Source: a virus. From it: DNA of 64,000 nucleotides. Where the stretch lies: positions 1-64,000 of IMG/VR virus record IMGVR_UViG_3300029349_000001, one strand, 5' to 3'. A program made the position numbers and the translations under genes. The notes below the pieces were generated by a model. The model made no database searches. It saw nothing but the letters and a program-made list of their open reading frames with translations, and had not been told where the DNA came from. Below, piece after piece: positions 1-9,594 of the stretch (positions are counted from its first letter, which is position 1; the number at the start of each line of letters is the position of its first letter).

Positions 1-40
1 GGATCTGGATACGTAAGAATTATAGTATGGAGTTAAAATT

Positions 41-727
41 ATGAAAAAGTATAGAATATTAGACACTACTCCAGAAGTACCGCCAGAGGTTACACTAGAA
101 GTTACACCAGAAGTTACACCAGAGGTTACACTAGAAGTCACGCAGGAAGTAACACCAGAGGTTACACCAGAAGTTACACCAGAGGTTACACTAGAAGTCA
201 CGCAGGAAGTAACACCAGAGGTTACACTAGAAGTCACGCCGGAAGTAACACCAGAGCCTGTGATGGAAACTCCAACTCCTCCGATTACAACGCCAGTTAT
301 ACCGCCACAGATAAGCGAATTAACACAGTCTTGGGCCTTAGTCAGAGATTCAGATGGATTAGTTGAAACATTTTTAAGACTTGATCTACCATTGGGTTGG
401 CAACCGCCAGAAGGTTTTAGTTTAATTCCTGATGATCAGCTGCCAGCGGGATGGAGTAAAATACCTCAAGAAATACCAGCACCATCAACCATTACAGCAA
501 CACAAATTAGACTATGGTTAGTAAATAATGGTTTTTCTATGAATCAAATATACGATATTATCTCTCAGATACCAGACCCCTTATTAAAAGCACAAATAGA
601 AGTTCAGTGGGAATATGCTCCTTATGTAGAGCGTGATCATCCTATGATAAATACTTTGGGTGCCTCGTTAGGACTTAGTAGTGAACAAATAGACCAAGCA
701 TTTAGAGAAGCTTCAGTATTGCTCTAA
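41..727 (+). CDS. Tail fibre-associated protein with an N-terminal (P/L/Q)EVT repeat tract
   Basis: 228-aa ORF with a GGAG RBS upstream. The C-terminus (ITATQIRLWL...WEYAPYVERDHP...LGLSSEQIDQAFREA) resembles small proteins commonly found beside phage tail fibres. Confidence 0.6.
   Translation: MKKYRILDTTPEVPPEVTLEVTPEVTPEVTLEVTQEVTPEVTPEVTPEVTLEVTQEVTPEVTLEVTPEVTPEPVMETPTPPITTPVIPPQISELTQSWALVRDSDGLVETFLRLDLPLGWQPPEGFSLIPDDQLPAGWSKIPQEIPAPSTITATQIRLWLVNNGFSMNQIYDIISQIPDPLLKAQIEVQWEYAPYVERDHPMINTLGASLGLSSEQIDQAFREASVLL
71..250 (+). repeat. In-frame 12-bp tandem repeat (about 15 units) with a 60-bp higher-order period
   Basis: Units such as ccagaggttaca/ctagaagtcacg; 101-167 is repeated at 161-227. 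Confidence 0.95.
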
Positions 728-744
728 ATCTATAAGGATAATTT

Positions 745-3700
745 ATGGGAAATTTAATTCCATCAAATAATAATGATGATAATTTAGACTTTAATCCAAC
801 CAAACTTCCTGGATGCAAGGTTTGGATAGATGCTACTGATGAATCTACACTATTTACCACCGATTATCAAGGATCTGTAACAGTTGCAGATAGTTTTGTT
901 CCTACTAGTATTAGTGGATGCTCAAGTTGGTACGATAGTTCGGATTCGTCTACATTATATAACACTAGTGCTGGACCCGTTACCGCAGTATCATCTCCAA
1001 CAGGTATTAGTGGATGCTCTTTATGGTTAGACGCTAGTGATTCAACGACACTATATAAAACAGATGCAGCATTGGTCACACCGGTCAATTCTCCATTAAA
1101 TATCAGTGGATGTGTAGCATGGTGGGACGGTAGTGATATTTCTACTTTGTTTCAAAATACTGACGGAACTAATCCTGTTACAGCGAGTGGGCAGTTAGTA
1201 GGTTCCTGGGTGGACAAGGCATCTGGATTTACTGCAAGAGCCCCGTCTACAGATAATAGGCCAATGTATCAAACATCTGTCACAAATAGTAAATCTGCCA
1301 TATTGTTTGATGGCTGGAATGATTATTTGAATTTATCTGGAATGCCTTCTCAAACAACTGAAACAATATTTATTGTAACCAGAGCAAATTATGAATTTAA
1401 TAAATGGCATGTTATTCTGGCAGGAAATAGCCCTACTGGATATGGAGCTAGTTTATTTACATCTTCTTCTGCTAGTCGTTTTAGAGCATCATATGGGGGT
1501 TTTACTCCTGGAACTACGGCTGTTGTATATGGTCTATCTGATGGAGTTAATATAGATCCATTATTAATATCTCTCAATAGAAATGCGTCCGGCACATCTT
1601 TAAGAGAATCCGCAAATACCATACAATCCAGTACAACTCCATATGCTATCACGTACAATTATATTGGTGCGGACCCTGGAACACAAAGTGTTGGTGTTGC
1701 CAATAACAATGTTATCAATGGACATATATGTGAAATTATAATTTACAACTCCGATCTATCGGCTACAGACAGAGCAAGAATAGAATCTTATTTGGCTAGT
1801 AAATGGGGTATGGGTCGTTTGTTTGATGCTGCTTCTAGTATTAGTTCTGTAGGAACTTGGCAAGATAAAAGTGGAAACAACAAACATGCAATTCAATCAA
1901 TATCTGATTATCGACCCACTATATCAATTAACGAAAATAATTTAAACGTTATAAATTTTGATGGAACCAATGATGCTTTATTAACAAATCTTACTTCGCA
2001 AATTAGTCAATCTGTATTTGTTGTTTGTAAATACAACGGCACTTCGATTAATGCCGGTAGAGTTATTTCTTTTGGTACGTATAGAGGCATTTATCAAAAT
2101 CCTGGTCCAGTATTAGCGTTTTTCTCCAATTCTGTTTCAATTGCCATAGATTTTCCTGTTAATAGTAATAATTGGTCTATTGCTTCTTTGGTATTTAACA
2201 GTAATTCACAAGCAAGTATTTTTGGTAATGGCATTGGTACTGTGTCTTCTATTAACTTTGATCCTTATGATAGAGTCAATACTACATTAAAAATAGGACA
2301 AGAAGGAGATACTCCATATAATAATTTTCCAGGAAGTATAGCAGAAATAATAGTTTTTGATAGAACAATATCTTCTTCTGAAAGAACTTCGATAGAAAAA
2401 TATTTAGCTAATAAGTGGGGAATTCAAGGTGTACATACACAGACTACATCTAGTGGATCGATAGGATATTGGGGAGATAAAAGCGGCAATAATAGACACG
2501 CAAGGCAAGATATTGGATCTTATCGACCTTCTTATTCTGGAACTATAAACGGCTTACCAGCAATAACGTTTGATGGTGCAGACGATCACTTCTTAATAGG
2601 AGATTTGTCGTCTGCGTTTCCTAATTTTGGAGAAGTATATATTGTATTTGAGCCTAATAATGCAAATAGTTATGAATTATATCAAACTAGTCAGAATTAT
2701 TTGATATATAGATATGCTGGTGGAAATACTAGTCAATTTGGAGCATTTACGTCTAATAGAACAACAGGCACTGCTGTTGGTATTCCTACTAATGGTGTTC
2801 ATATTACAACTATGAGAGCTGATGCGTCTTCTATGACTGTTAGGTTTGATGGTAGTGTTTTATGGACCCAAGCTGGCTTAGGATATAATGGAGGCAATTA
2901 TCATACCATAGGATATTGTAATCAGGGTGGTGGTGGCGTTGGTGGCATAGTAATGAATGGTAAAATAGTAGAAGTTATTACATATAATACTAATATAGGA
3001 GCTGAAAATAGAGCTAAAGTAGAACAATACCTATCTAGAAAATGGGGGATTGATAGAAATTTACATAAAACTTCCAAAAATATTGGTGATAAAATTGGCT
3101 ATGTAAAAGACAAAGGAACAGAAAAGACTTTCCTGTCTCAACTGAATCATGATAATCGCCCAAAGATAGGAACATTGTCTAATAAGAAAGCTATAGATTT
3201 TACTCAATCATCTATTAATAGTTATTTACAGTCTCCGTCTTTGACTACTAATAATCATGAATTTAGTTTTTTTGTAGCTTATAGTGTTAATAATACTAGT
3301 TCAACATTATTTACTTTAGGAGTACAAGACGCTTTAAGATTAATATCAAGATATGCTGGCAATACAGTGACATATGGGGGTACAAATACACTAGGCTATA
3401 ATAATACTCCATACCAACTATCTGTTCCTAAAATAGAAAGTTTGATAAAAACAGTAGGTGGCACAAGCTCCTCTTTTACAAAATTATATGTGAATGGACA
3501 ATTAGCAACCCCATCTAGTACTGTTGGATTGGCAGCAGATATGAGTTCTTCATATGGTTGGCTGGTTCTAAGCGGCTATAATTCTCCCTATACTTTTTTA
3601 GGGCATAATAATTTTATTATTGGCGAATTTATTTACTATAATAGAACACTATCAGATCAAGAGAGACAATTAGTTGAAAAATATCTATATAATAAATGGA

Positions 3701-6700
3701 AGATTGATAATCTAACTTATAGTATATCTAAACCTACAGATATTAAAAATTGTATTTTGTGGCTGGATGCTAATGATAATAGTACTCTTTTTCAGAATCC
3801 AACAGCCTCTAATAATATCACAACAGATGGACAAAGTGTTGCATACTGGGTCGATAAGGCGGGTGGTCAAGACGTTGCTCAGTCAACAGTATCAGCCAGA
3901 CCAACATATAGAACAAATATTTTTAAGGACAAACCAGCGTTGTACTTTGATGGAGGAGACGATCTCTTATCACTAGTAAATAGACAGACAACCGGACCAT
4001 GTACCATTATAGTGGTATGTAGAATTGATCTTCATAGTGGAGATATCTCTGGTATTTTAGCCTATGGAGATACTACAGGAGGCAATAGTGGACCCGGAAT
4101 TGTATATTCTTCTTATGTAGCTTTTATGGATGGGGCTGGTGCTGGAACAACAACGTCTAGTAATTCTATACAATCTATTTTAGGAAGACCTTCTATTATT
4201 ACTGGGATATATACACAAAATAGAACTACGAACTCTTATATGTATATAAATGGTTTTTTGCAAGAATACTATTCCGGTACTGGAGTTGTATTAGCTAGTA
4301 GTTCTCCAAGAGTTCAAATAGGAGCTAGAACAGGAGGTGGATTTAATATTAGAAGAATGATAGGATATATTGCAGAATGCATAGTTTATGACAGGGCGCT
4401 AACAGATGTTGAAAGAGCCTCTGTGGAAAATTATTTATCAGACAAGTGGAGCATAGGTTCTGAAAGTAGTCCGTCAGCCATTGGATCGCAGATTAGATTA
4501 CACAATATTAAAGTATCAAATAAAGAAGCACAAAACTGGGTTGATAGAGTATTTCAAAATGGAGGAAGTGTAAGTCAAAAAACTGCTGATAGCGTTAATG
4601 ATTTTTGCAATAAGATAGATGCTGCTGGATTACGAAAGAAATTTTATCGACTAAATCTATTTTGCGGTAATGATCTAAATGCTTGCTTGACTCCTTTATA
4701 TTTAGGTCCAACATCAGAAACTTATTATGGTTTGAGAATAGACAACAATACTAATTTTCTCAATAGTAATTATACAGAGATAGATGGTCTTATAGCAGGA
4801 CCGGGATCCTCTACCGGAGGCAATGGCATTTTCTTATTAACGGGCCTTACTTTGAGTGATGCTAGATTGTCTGATACTGGCCATATGGCTTTTTATCAAA
4901 ATCAATTCAATATAGATACAAATCCATATAATGCTGGCAATAGACCAGCTATTGGAGCAGGAAATAGTTTTATAACACTACAGGGTAGTAACAACGTATT
5001 GAGTTACTATGGAGGATATGCCGGGGTTGAAACTCCTTATTTTGGTGGTTTGTTTTTGATTAGTAGAGATTCTTTAAGTTCTATAAAAGTTTATGAACAG
5101 GGGTCTTTATTAGGCGAAAATTCATCTACAATACCATATACGGATCAAAGTTCTCAGGTTGGAATCTTTACTGGAACAACAGGAGCATCTGCTTCTGGCT
5201 CTAATTACTACTACGCATATATGAAAGGCTACAGTGTCGGACAGAGCATGACTGCGTTAGAGGTGTCGAAATATGATACTATCATGGAAAATTTTCAACA
5301 ATCTCTTCGAAGAGGACTCTCAACTAGAGCTTCGTTACAGTTTGCTGCTGTTACTAATGAGGAAGCTAAATCTTGGATAGATGCGGTTTACGCCAATGGA
5401 GGTTCTATAAGCTCCTCTACAGCATTAGCTATAAATAATTTTTGTAACAGCATAGATGCTGCTGGGTTGAGAAACAAATTTTATAGGCTGAATCTATTCT
5501 GTGGAGATACTATTAATAGTTGTTTGGTGCCTTTGTATAGAAGTTCTTCAAGACTAGGTATTAGATATGGAAATGCAAAAGATCTTAATACGCCAGTTTC
5601 ATATGGATATTATTCTAATAGTGATGATTTTAATTATATTGAGAATCAAGGGTTATTAGGTAATACTCAAGAAATTGCAGGTAATTCGTTCGTTTCTCGT
5701 AGATTTTTAAATACAGGCTTAATAACAGGCAGTATTAGTGCATTAAATAATAATATGCATTATTCTATTTATAGTAAAAATTTGACAAATGGTGGTTATC
5801 CAATGGGAGCAATGGATACTGCTGGTACAGGACTTTCTTTACAAATTGGTTTAGGTGGATATAATTGGGGTATATGGGCTAATTCTCTATTGAATCCAAC
5901 CAATACTACAACAACAAGAATATTTCCTAGTAGAAAAGGCTTATATATCGGTAGTTATGCGAATAATGTTCTTACTTTATATGAAGGAAGAGCTTCAACA
6001 ATAGGACAAAGAGATTTAACAACTACTTATGCGATTCCTCCAACGACTCTTTCACCTGTTGGTATTTTTGCGGAAAACAGACAGACTACCGTGCCTCTAT
6101 TTAATTATTTAGATAGGCTACAAGGTTATTCTATAGGGTCATCATTAACATCTACTGATGTACAGAATTATTATGATATTATACAAACTTTCCAAGCGGC
6201 ACTGTCTAGAGCAGAACAGACTGTTTTAAGTTCTACGTTTGATAGTATTACTAATCCTGACGCCAGAAACTGGCTTACCAGAGTATACGAAAATGGAGGA
6301 ATTGTTGGTTTACCCACCGCTACGGCCGTACAAAACTTCTGCAATACCATAGATTCGGCTGGACTCAGAAGCAAGTTCTTTAGGCTCAACCTATTCTGCG
6401 GAGAAAACCTAAATGCTGCTACTGTACCTCTTTATAGAGGACCGAACATAGGAGGAACTCAGCACGGTTTCTTAATAGATATAAATAATAATATTCTTGA
6501 TATTGATTATAATGAAAACGGTGGTTTTGCTGGTATCAAGGGCAATGGCTCAAACAAACGACTAGACACCGGTCTTGGAACAGATTTTACTAATAATTCT
6601 AGTCTATCTTTTGGAGCATTTATTTCTGAGCCTACATCCACAGCATTTAGTGCTTATCTAGGAGTTGCCCAAAACAACAATGCAGATACGACCGTTTTGT

Positions 6701-9540
6701 ATTATAGAGATGGATTTACTAGAGGGTTGGATGGTACTACATTCTATCCAGCCGAACCAACCAACTCTATTCTTTTGGGTTATCACGCATATTCTAGAAT
6801 AGCTAGCAATAACTATTTTCATTCTTGGAATGGTATAGCTGGAGCAGCTTCTACTGCTGCGTCTGCTGCTAGAGGTGCTGATACGTTTATGATTCATGCG
6901 TTAAATAATAATGGAACCGCAACCAGCCATGGCGATGGTCGCATTTCCATGTATCATATAGGTTTGGGCTTAACTTCTGCCGAAGTCACAACGCTATATA
7001 ACGCTATTGATGCATTTAATACCACTATGGGGCGCACTAGACCGAGCGATTCATTTGCATCAGTAACCAATGAAGATGCTAAGATATGGATTGATAATGT
7101 ATACTATAATGACGGAACGGTATCTAGTACTACAGCAAATCTCGTTAATGCATTTTGTAATAGTATCGATTCTGCTGGCTTAAGGAGTAAGTTTTATAGA
7201 GTTAATTTATTCTGCGGAGATAGTTTGAATGCCTCTTTAGTACCAGTTTATAGAGGACCAAATAAAACAATAGTATATGGTAAAGTTAAAACCGACACCA
7301 ATAATAATTTTATATTAAACGACTATAGTGAAAATAGTGGATTAATAGGCAATGGATCATCTAAGTGGTTAGATACTGGATTATCGCAGAACTATTCTGC
7401 TAGTAGACATTTTGGTTGTGTGGTTTCTAAATTAGGTACTACTGTTTATAGATGTTATATGGGAGCCAAGGCTAATTCTAGTGATTTTATTGCAGATACT
7501 AGGCTGAATATAGACAACACTCTGACATCAGTCGCATTTGTAGGAGCTAATGATGCTGGTCAGTTGTCAACAGGGATAGGTCATCAGATAGCAGAAAAAA
7601 CACTAGTATTGGCGTCCTCTTCTTCTGGAGGTGCTAATAAAATCTATAGTGATAGTATAGGTAATAATACTATAGCATCTGCTTATTCTAATACCAACAC
7701 AACAACGATAGGTATTTTTGCACAAAAAGTTGGACAAACAAGTACAGGTACAGCATATACGGATGCTAGACTATCATTCTATACTATAGGAACAGATCTA
7801 ACCGACTCAGAAGTAACAACTTTGACAGGCATCGTTGACACTTTCAATAATGGATTAAATAGAGGCAAACCTAGCAGTACATTCCCATCCGTTACTAATG
7901 CCGACGCTAAAATATGGATTAATAGAGTATATACTAATGGAGGATCAGTATCTGCTAATACGGCCAATGCCATAAACACACTTTGCAATACTATAGATTC
8001 TGCTGGATTAAGAAGCAAACTATATAGATTCAACTTATTCTGTGGAGATAGTCTTAGCGCTGGATTAATACCATTATACAGAGGTCCGTCTGTTGGAGAT
8101 TTTGCTGGTGGTTATAGTGATGGTAACAATAACTTTAATAGTACTGACTATAGCGAAAGTGGAAGTAATGCAGGATTAAAAGGCAACGGAAGTAATAAAT
8201 ATTTAACCACCGGATTAGGTATGAATACCTTTAGTATATCTGATAGACACCTTATGGTTTATGAATCTAGTGTAAGTACTAACGCTTATGCTACTCTTAT
8301 CCAAGGAGGTTCAGACTATACCGCACCACTTGGGTTATGGTTTCTCGCCTATGGTTTATCTCCACCCTCTCCTAGATATGGTGCTTTTGGCGATTCATCA
8401 TATGCGCAGTCTCCTAATCACGGCACTCCGGGTATGTTTTTAGGTACTGGTACATCCACAAGCTCCGAAATTTATCGCAACGGAGTGTTAGTTGCTACAG
8501 CATCTACATCTACTACCGCTGAACTAGACACTTCTGCTATTATTGTGGGAGCTGGCTACGCGCCTGGAGGCTCGGTTGTGCAACACATCAATGGTTCTAT
8601 CTCGTCTTATTCTGTGGGTAATAAACTTACGTCTCAACAGGTATTAGACTTTTATAATGCTATAGAAACATTTAATCAGACAATTGGTAGAGGCAGACCG
8701 AGCACAAGCTTCTCTTCTGTAACTAATGAAGACGCAAAACTTTGGATAGATGGAGTATATGCTAATGGAGGTACTGTTTCTAGCACAACAGCATCTGCGA
8801 TCAATACTTTTTGTAATAGCATAAACTCAGCCGGTTTACGAAATAAAATATACAGATTAAATTTATTTTGCGGAAATAATTTAAATGCTTCATTAGTACC
8901 GGTATATAAAGGCCCATCATATGATGGTATTGTTTGTGGTAGTCCTTTTGATACTAATAATAATTTTATAGCTTCTGACTATAACGAGACTGGTATTAAT
9001 GCGGGACTAAAAGGTAATGGATCTAATAAGTATCTTAATCCTGGAATGACCGTATTAGGAACTACCGGTAACGAATCTATGAGTTGCTACGTAATAGAAG
9101 AATCCACAACTTCAGCGATCACTTATTATTATCTAGGTAGTCATGCTACATCTAACAATAATAGAACTCTATCTATCACTTACGAACCTACCGCCACACC
9201 AATTCAGTACCAAATAGAGGATGGACATACTGGAGGTGTTTTTAATACTGGGCTTACAACCAAGACTAATGGCTTTAAGGCCGCTTCTAGTTCTGGATTG
9301 TCTTTGAGAAAACTATATGTAAATGGAGATATAGCCTTTACATCTACCACTACCACAGTAGCGTCTACCGGTGTTATCACTCCTTATATTTTTTGTAGAA
9401 ATAATAATGGCGGTACTTACGGCTTTGGTAATCAAAGAATTGGTTCTTATCATATCGGTATTAGTATGTCAGATTTAGATATGTATAAATTATACCTTAT
9501 TGTTCAAGAATTTCAAACATACCTAGGAAGAAACGTATAG
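745..9540 (+). CDS. Giant repetitive adhesin/receptor-binding protein: five LamG/ConA-like domains plus six ~280-aa repeats
   Basis: 2931 aa. WxDxxD...WxDKSG...EII(I/V)Y...ExYLxxKW modules up to ~4455, then six NxxAxxW...NGG...IDSAGLRxKxYRxNLFCG units starting near 4513, 5350, 6247, 7063, 7891 and 8719. Confidence 0.75.
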   Translation: MGNLIPSNNNDDNLDFNPTKLPGCKVWIDATDESTLFTTDYQGSVTVADSFVPTSISGCSSWYDSSDSSTLYNTSAGPVTAVSSPTGISGCSLWLDASDSTTLYKTDAALVTPVNSPLNISGCVAWWDGSDISTLFQNTDGTNPVTASGQLVGSWVDKASGFTARAPSTDNRPMYQTSVTNSKSAILFDGWNDYLNLSGMPSQTTETIFIVTRANYEFNKWHVILAGNSPTGYGASLFTSSSASRFRASYGGFTPGTTAVVYGLSDGVNIDPLLISLNRNASGTSLRESANTIQSSTTPYAITYNYIGADPGTQSVGVANNNVINGHICEIIIYNSDLSATDRARIESYLASKWGMGRLFDAASSISSVGTWQDKSGNNKHAIQSISDYRPTISINENNLNVINFDGTNDALLTNLTSQISQSVFVVCKYNGTSINAGRVISFGTYRGIYQNPGPVLAFFSNSVSIAIDFPVNSNNWSIASLVFNSNSQASIFGNGIGTVSSINFDPYDRVNTTLKIGQEGDTPYNNFPGSIAEIIVFDRTISSSERTSIEKYLANKWGIQGVHTQTTSSGSIGYWGDKSGNNRHARQDIGSYRPSYSGTINGLPAITFDGADDHFLIGDLSSAFPNFGEVYIVFEPNNANSYELYQTSQNYLIYRYAGGNTSQFGAFTSNRTTGTAVGIPTNGVHITTMRADASSMTVRFDGSVLWTQAGLGYNGGNYHTIGYCNQGGGGVGGIVMNGKIVEVITYNTNIGAENRAKVEQYLSRKWGIDRNLHKTSKNIGDKIGYVKDKGTEKTFLSQLNHDNRPKIGTLSNKKAIDFTQSSINSYLQSPSLTTNNHEFSFFVAYSVNNTSSTLFTLGVQDALRLISRYAGNTVTYGGTNTLGYNNTPYQLSVPKIESLIKTVGGTSSSFTKLYVNGQLATPSSTVGLAADMSSSYGWLVLSGYNSPYTFLGHNNFIIGEFIYYNRTLSDQERQLVEKYLYNKWKIDNLTYSISKPTDIKNCILWLDANDNSTLFQNPTASNNITTDGQSVAYWVDKAGGQDVAQSTVSARPTYRTNIFKDKPALYFDGGDDLLSLVNRQTTGPCTIIVVCRIDLHSGDISGILAYGDTTGGNSGPGIVYSSYVAFMDGAGAGTTTSSNSIQSILGRPSIITGIYTQNRTTNSYMYINGFLQEYYSGTGVVLASSSPRVQIGARTGGGFNIRRMIGYIAECIVYDRALTDVERASVENYLSDKWSIGSESSPSAIGSQIRLHNIKVSNKEAQNWVDRVFQNGGSVSQKTADSVNDFCNKIDAAGLRKKFYRLNLFCGNDLNACLTPLYLGPTSETYYGLRIDNNTNFLNSNYTEIDGLIAGPGSSTGGNGIFLLTGLTLSDARLSDTGHMAFYQNQFNIDTNPYNAGNRPAIGAGNSFITLQGSNNVLSYYGGYAGVETPYFGGLFLISRDSLSSIKVYEQGSLLGENSSTIPYTDQSSQVGIFTGTTGASASGSNYYYAYMKGYSVGQSMTALEVSKYDTIMENFQQSLRRGLSTRASLQFAAVTNEEAKSWIDAVYANGGSISSSTALAINNFCNSIDAAGLRNKFYRLNLFCGDTINSCLVPLYRSSSRLGIRYGNAKDLNTPVSYGYYSNSDDFNYIENQGLLGNTQEIAGNSFVSRRFLNTGLITGSISALNNNMHYSIYSKNLTNGGYPMGAMDTAGTGLSLQIGLGGYNWGIWANSLLNPTNTTTTRIFPSRKGLYIGSYANNVLTLYEGRASTIGQRDLTTTYAIPPTTLSPVGIFAENRQTTVPLFNYLDRLQGYSIGSSLTSTDVQNYYDIIQTFQAALSRAEQTVLSSTFDSITNPDARNWLTRVYENGGIVGLPTATAVQNFCNTIDSAGLRSKFFRLNLFCGENLNAATVPLYRGPNIGGTQHGFLIDINNNILDIDYNENGGFAGIKGNGSNKRLDTGLGTDFTNNSSLSFGAFISEPTSTAFSAYLGVAQNNNADTTVLYYRDGFTRGLDGTTFYPAEPTNSILLGYHAYSRIASNNYFHSWNGIAGAASTAASAARGADTFMIHALNNNGTATSHGDGRISMYHIGLGLTSAEVTTLYNAIDAFNTTMGRTRPSDSFASVTNEDAKIWIDNVYYNDGTVSSTTANLVNAFCNSIDSAGLRSKFYRVNLFCGDSLNASLVPVYRGPNKTIVYGKVKTDTNNNFILNDYSENSGLIGNGSSKWLDTGLSQNYSASRHFGCVVSKLGTTVYRCYMGAKANSSDFIADTRLNIDNTLTSVAFVGANDAGQLSTGIGHQIAEKTLVLASSSSGGANKIYSDSIGNNTIASAYSNTNTTTIGIFAQKVGQTSTGTAYTDARLSFYTIGTDLTDSEVTTLTGIVDTFNNGLNRGKPSSTFPSVTNADAKIWINRVYTNGGSVSANTANAINTLCNTIDSAGLRSKLYRFNLFCGDSLSAGLIPLYRGPSVGDFAGGYSDGNNNFNSTDYSESGSNAGLKGNGSNKYLTTGLGMNTFSISDRHLMVYESSVSTNAYATLIQGGSDYTAPLGLWFLAYGLSPPSPRYGAFGDSSYAQSPNHGTPGMFLGTGTSTSSEIYRNGVLVATASTSTTAELDTSAIIVGAGYAPGGSVVQHINGSISSYSVGNKLTSQQVLDFYNAIETFNQTIGRGRPSTSFSSVTNEDAKLWIDGVYANGGTVSSTTASAINTFCNSINSAGLRNKIYRLNLFCGNNLNASLVPVYKGPSYDGIVCGSPFDTNNNFIASDYNETGINAGLKGNGSNKYLNPGMTVLGTTGNESMSCYVIEESTTSAITYYYLGSHATSNNNRTLSITYEPTATPIQYQIEDGHTGGVFNTGLTTKTNGFKAASSSGLSLRKLYVNGDIAFTSTTTTVASTGVITPYIFCRNNNGGTYGFGNQRIGSYHIGISMSDLDMYKLYLIVQEFQTYLGRNV

Positions 9541-9541
9541 T

Positions 9542-9553
9542 AGTGTATATAAT
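9542..9553 (+). promoter_or_regulatory. Candidate late promoter (AGTGTA)
   Basis: RGYGTA plus AT-rich tail, 53 bp before ATG 9595. Confidence 0.5.
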
Positions 9554-9594
9554 CATGTGTCACAAATTATTTATTTTATTTAAGTGATCAAATT

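Noticed and set aside
71-250. CRISPR array
   Set aside because: Contiguous in-frame 12-bp units with no unique spacers.
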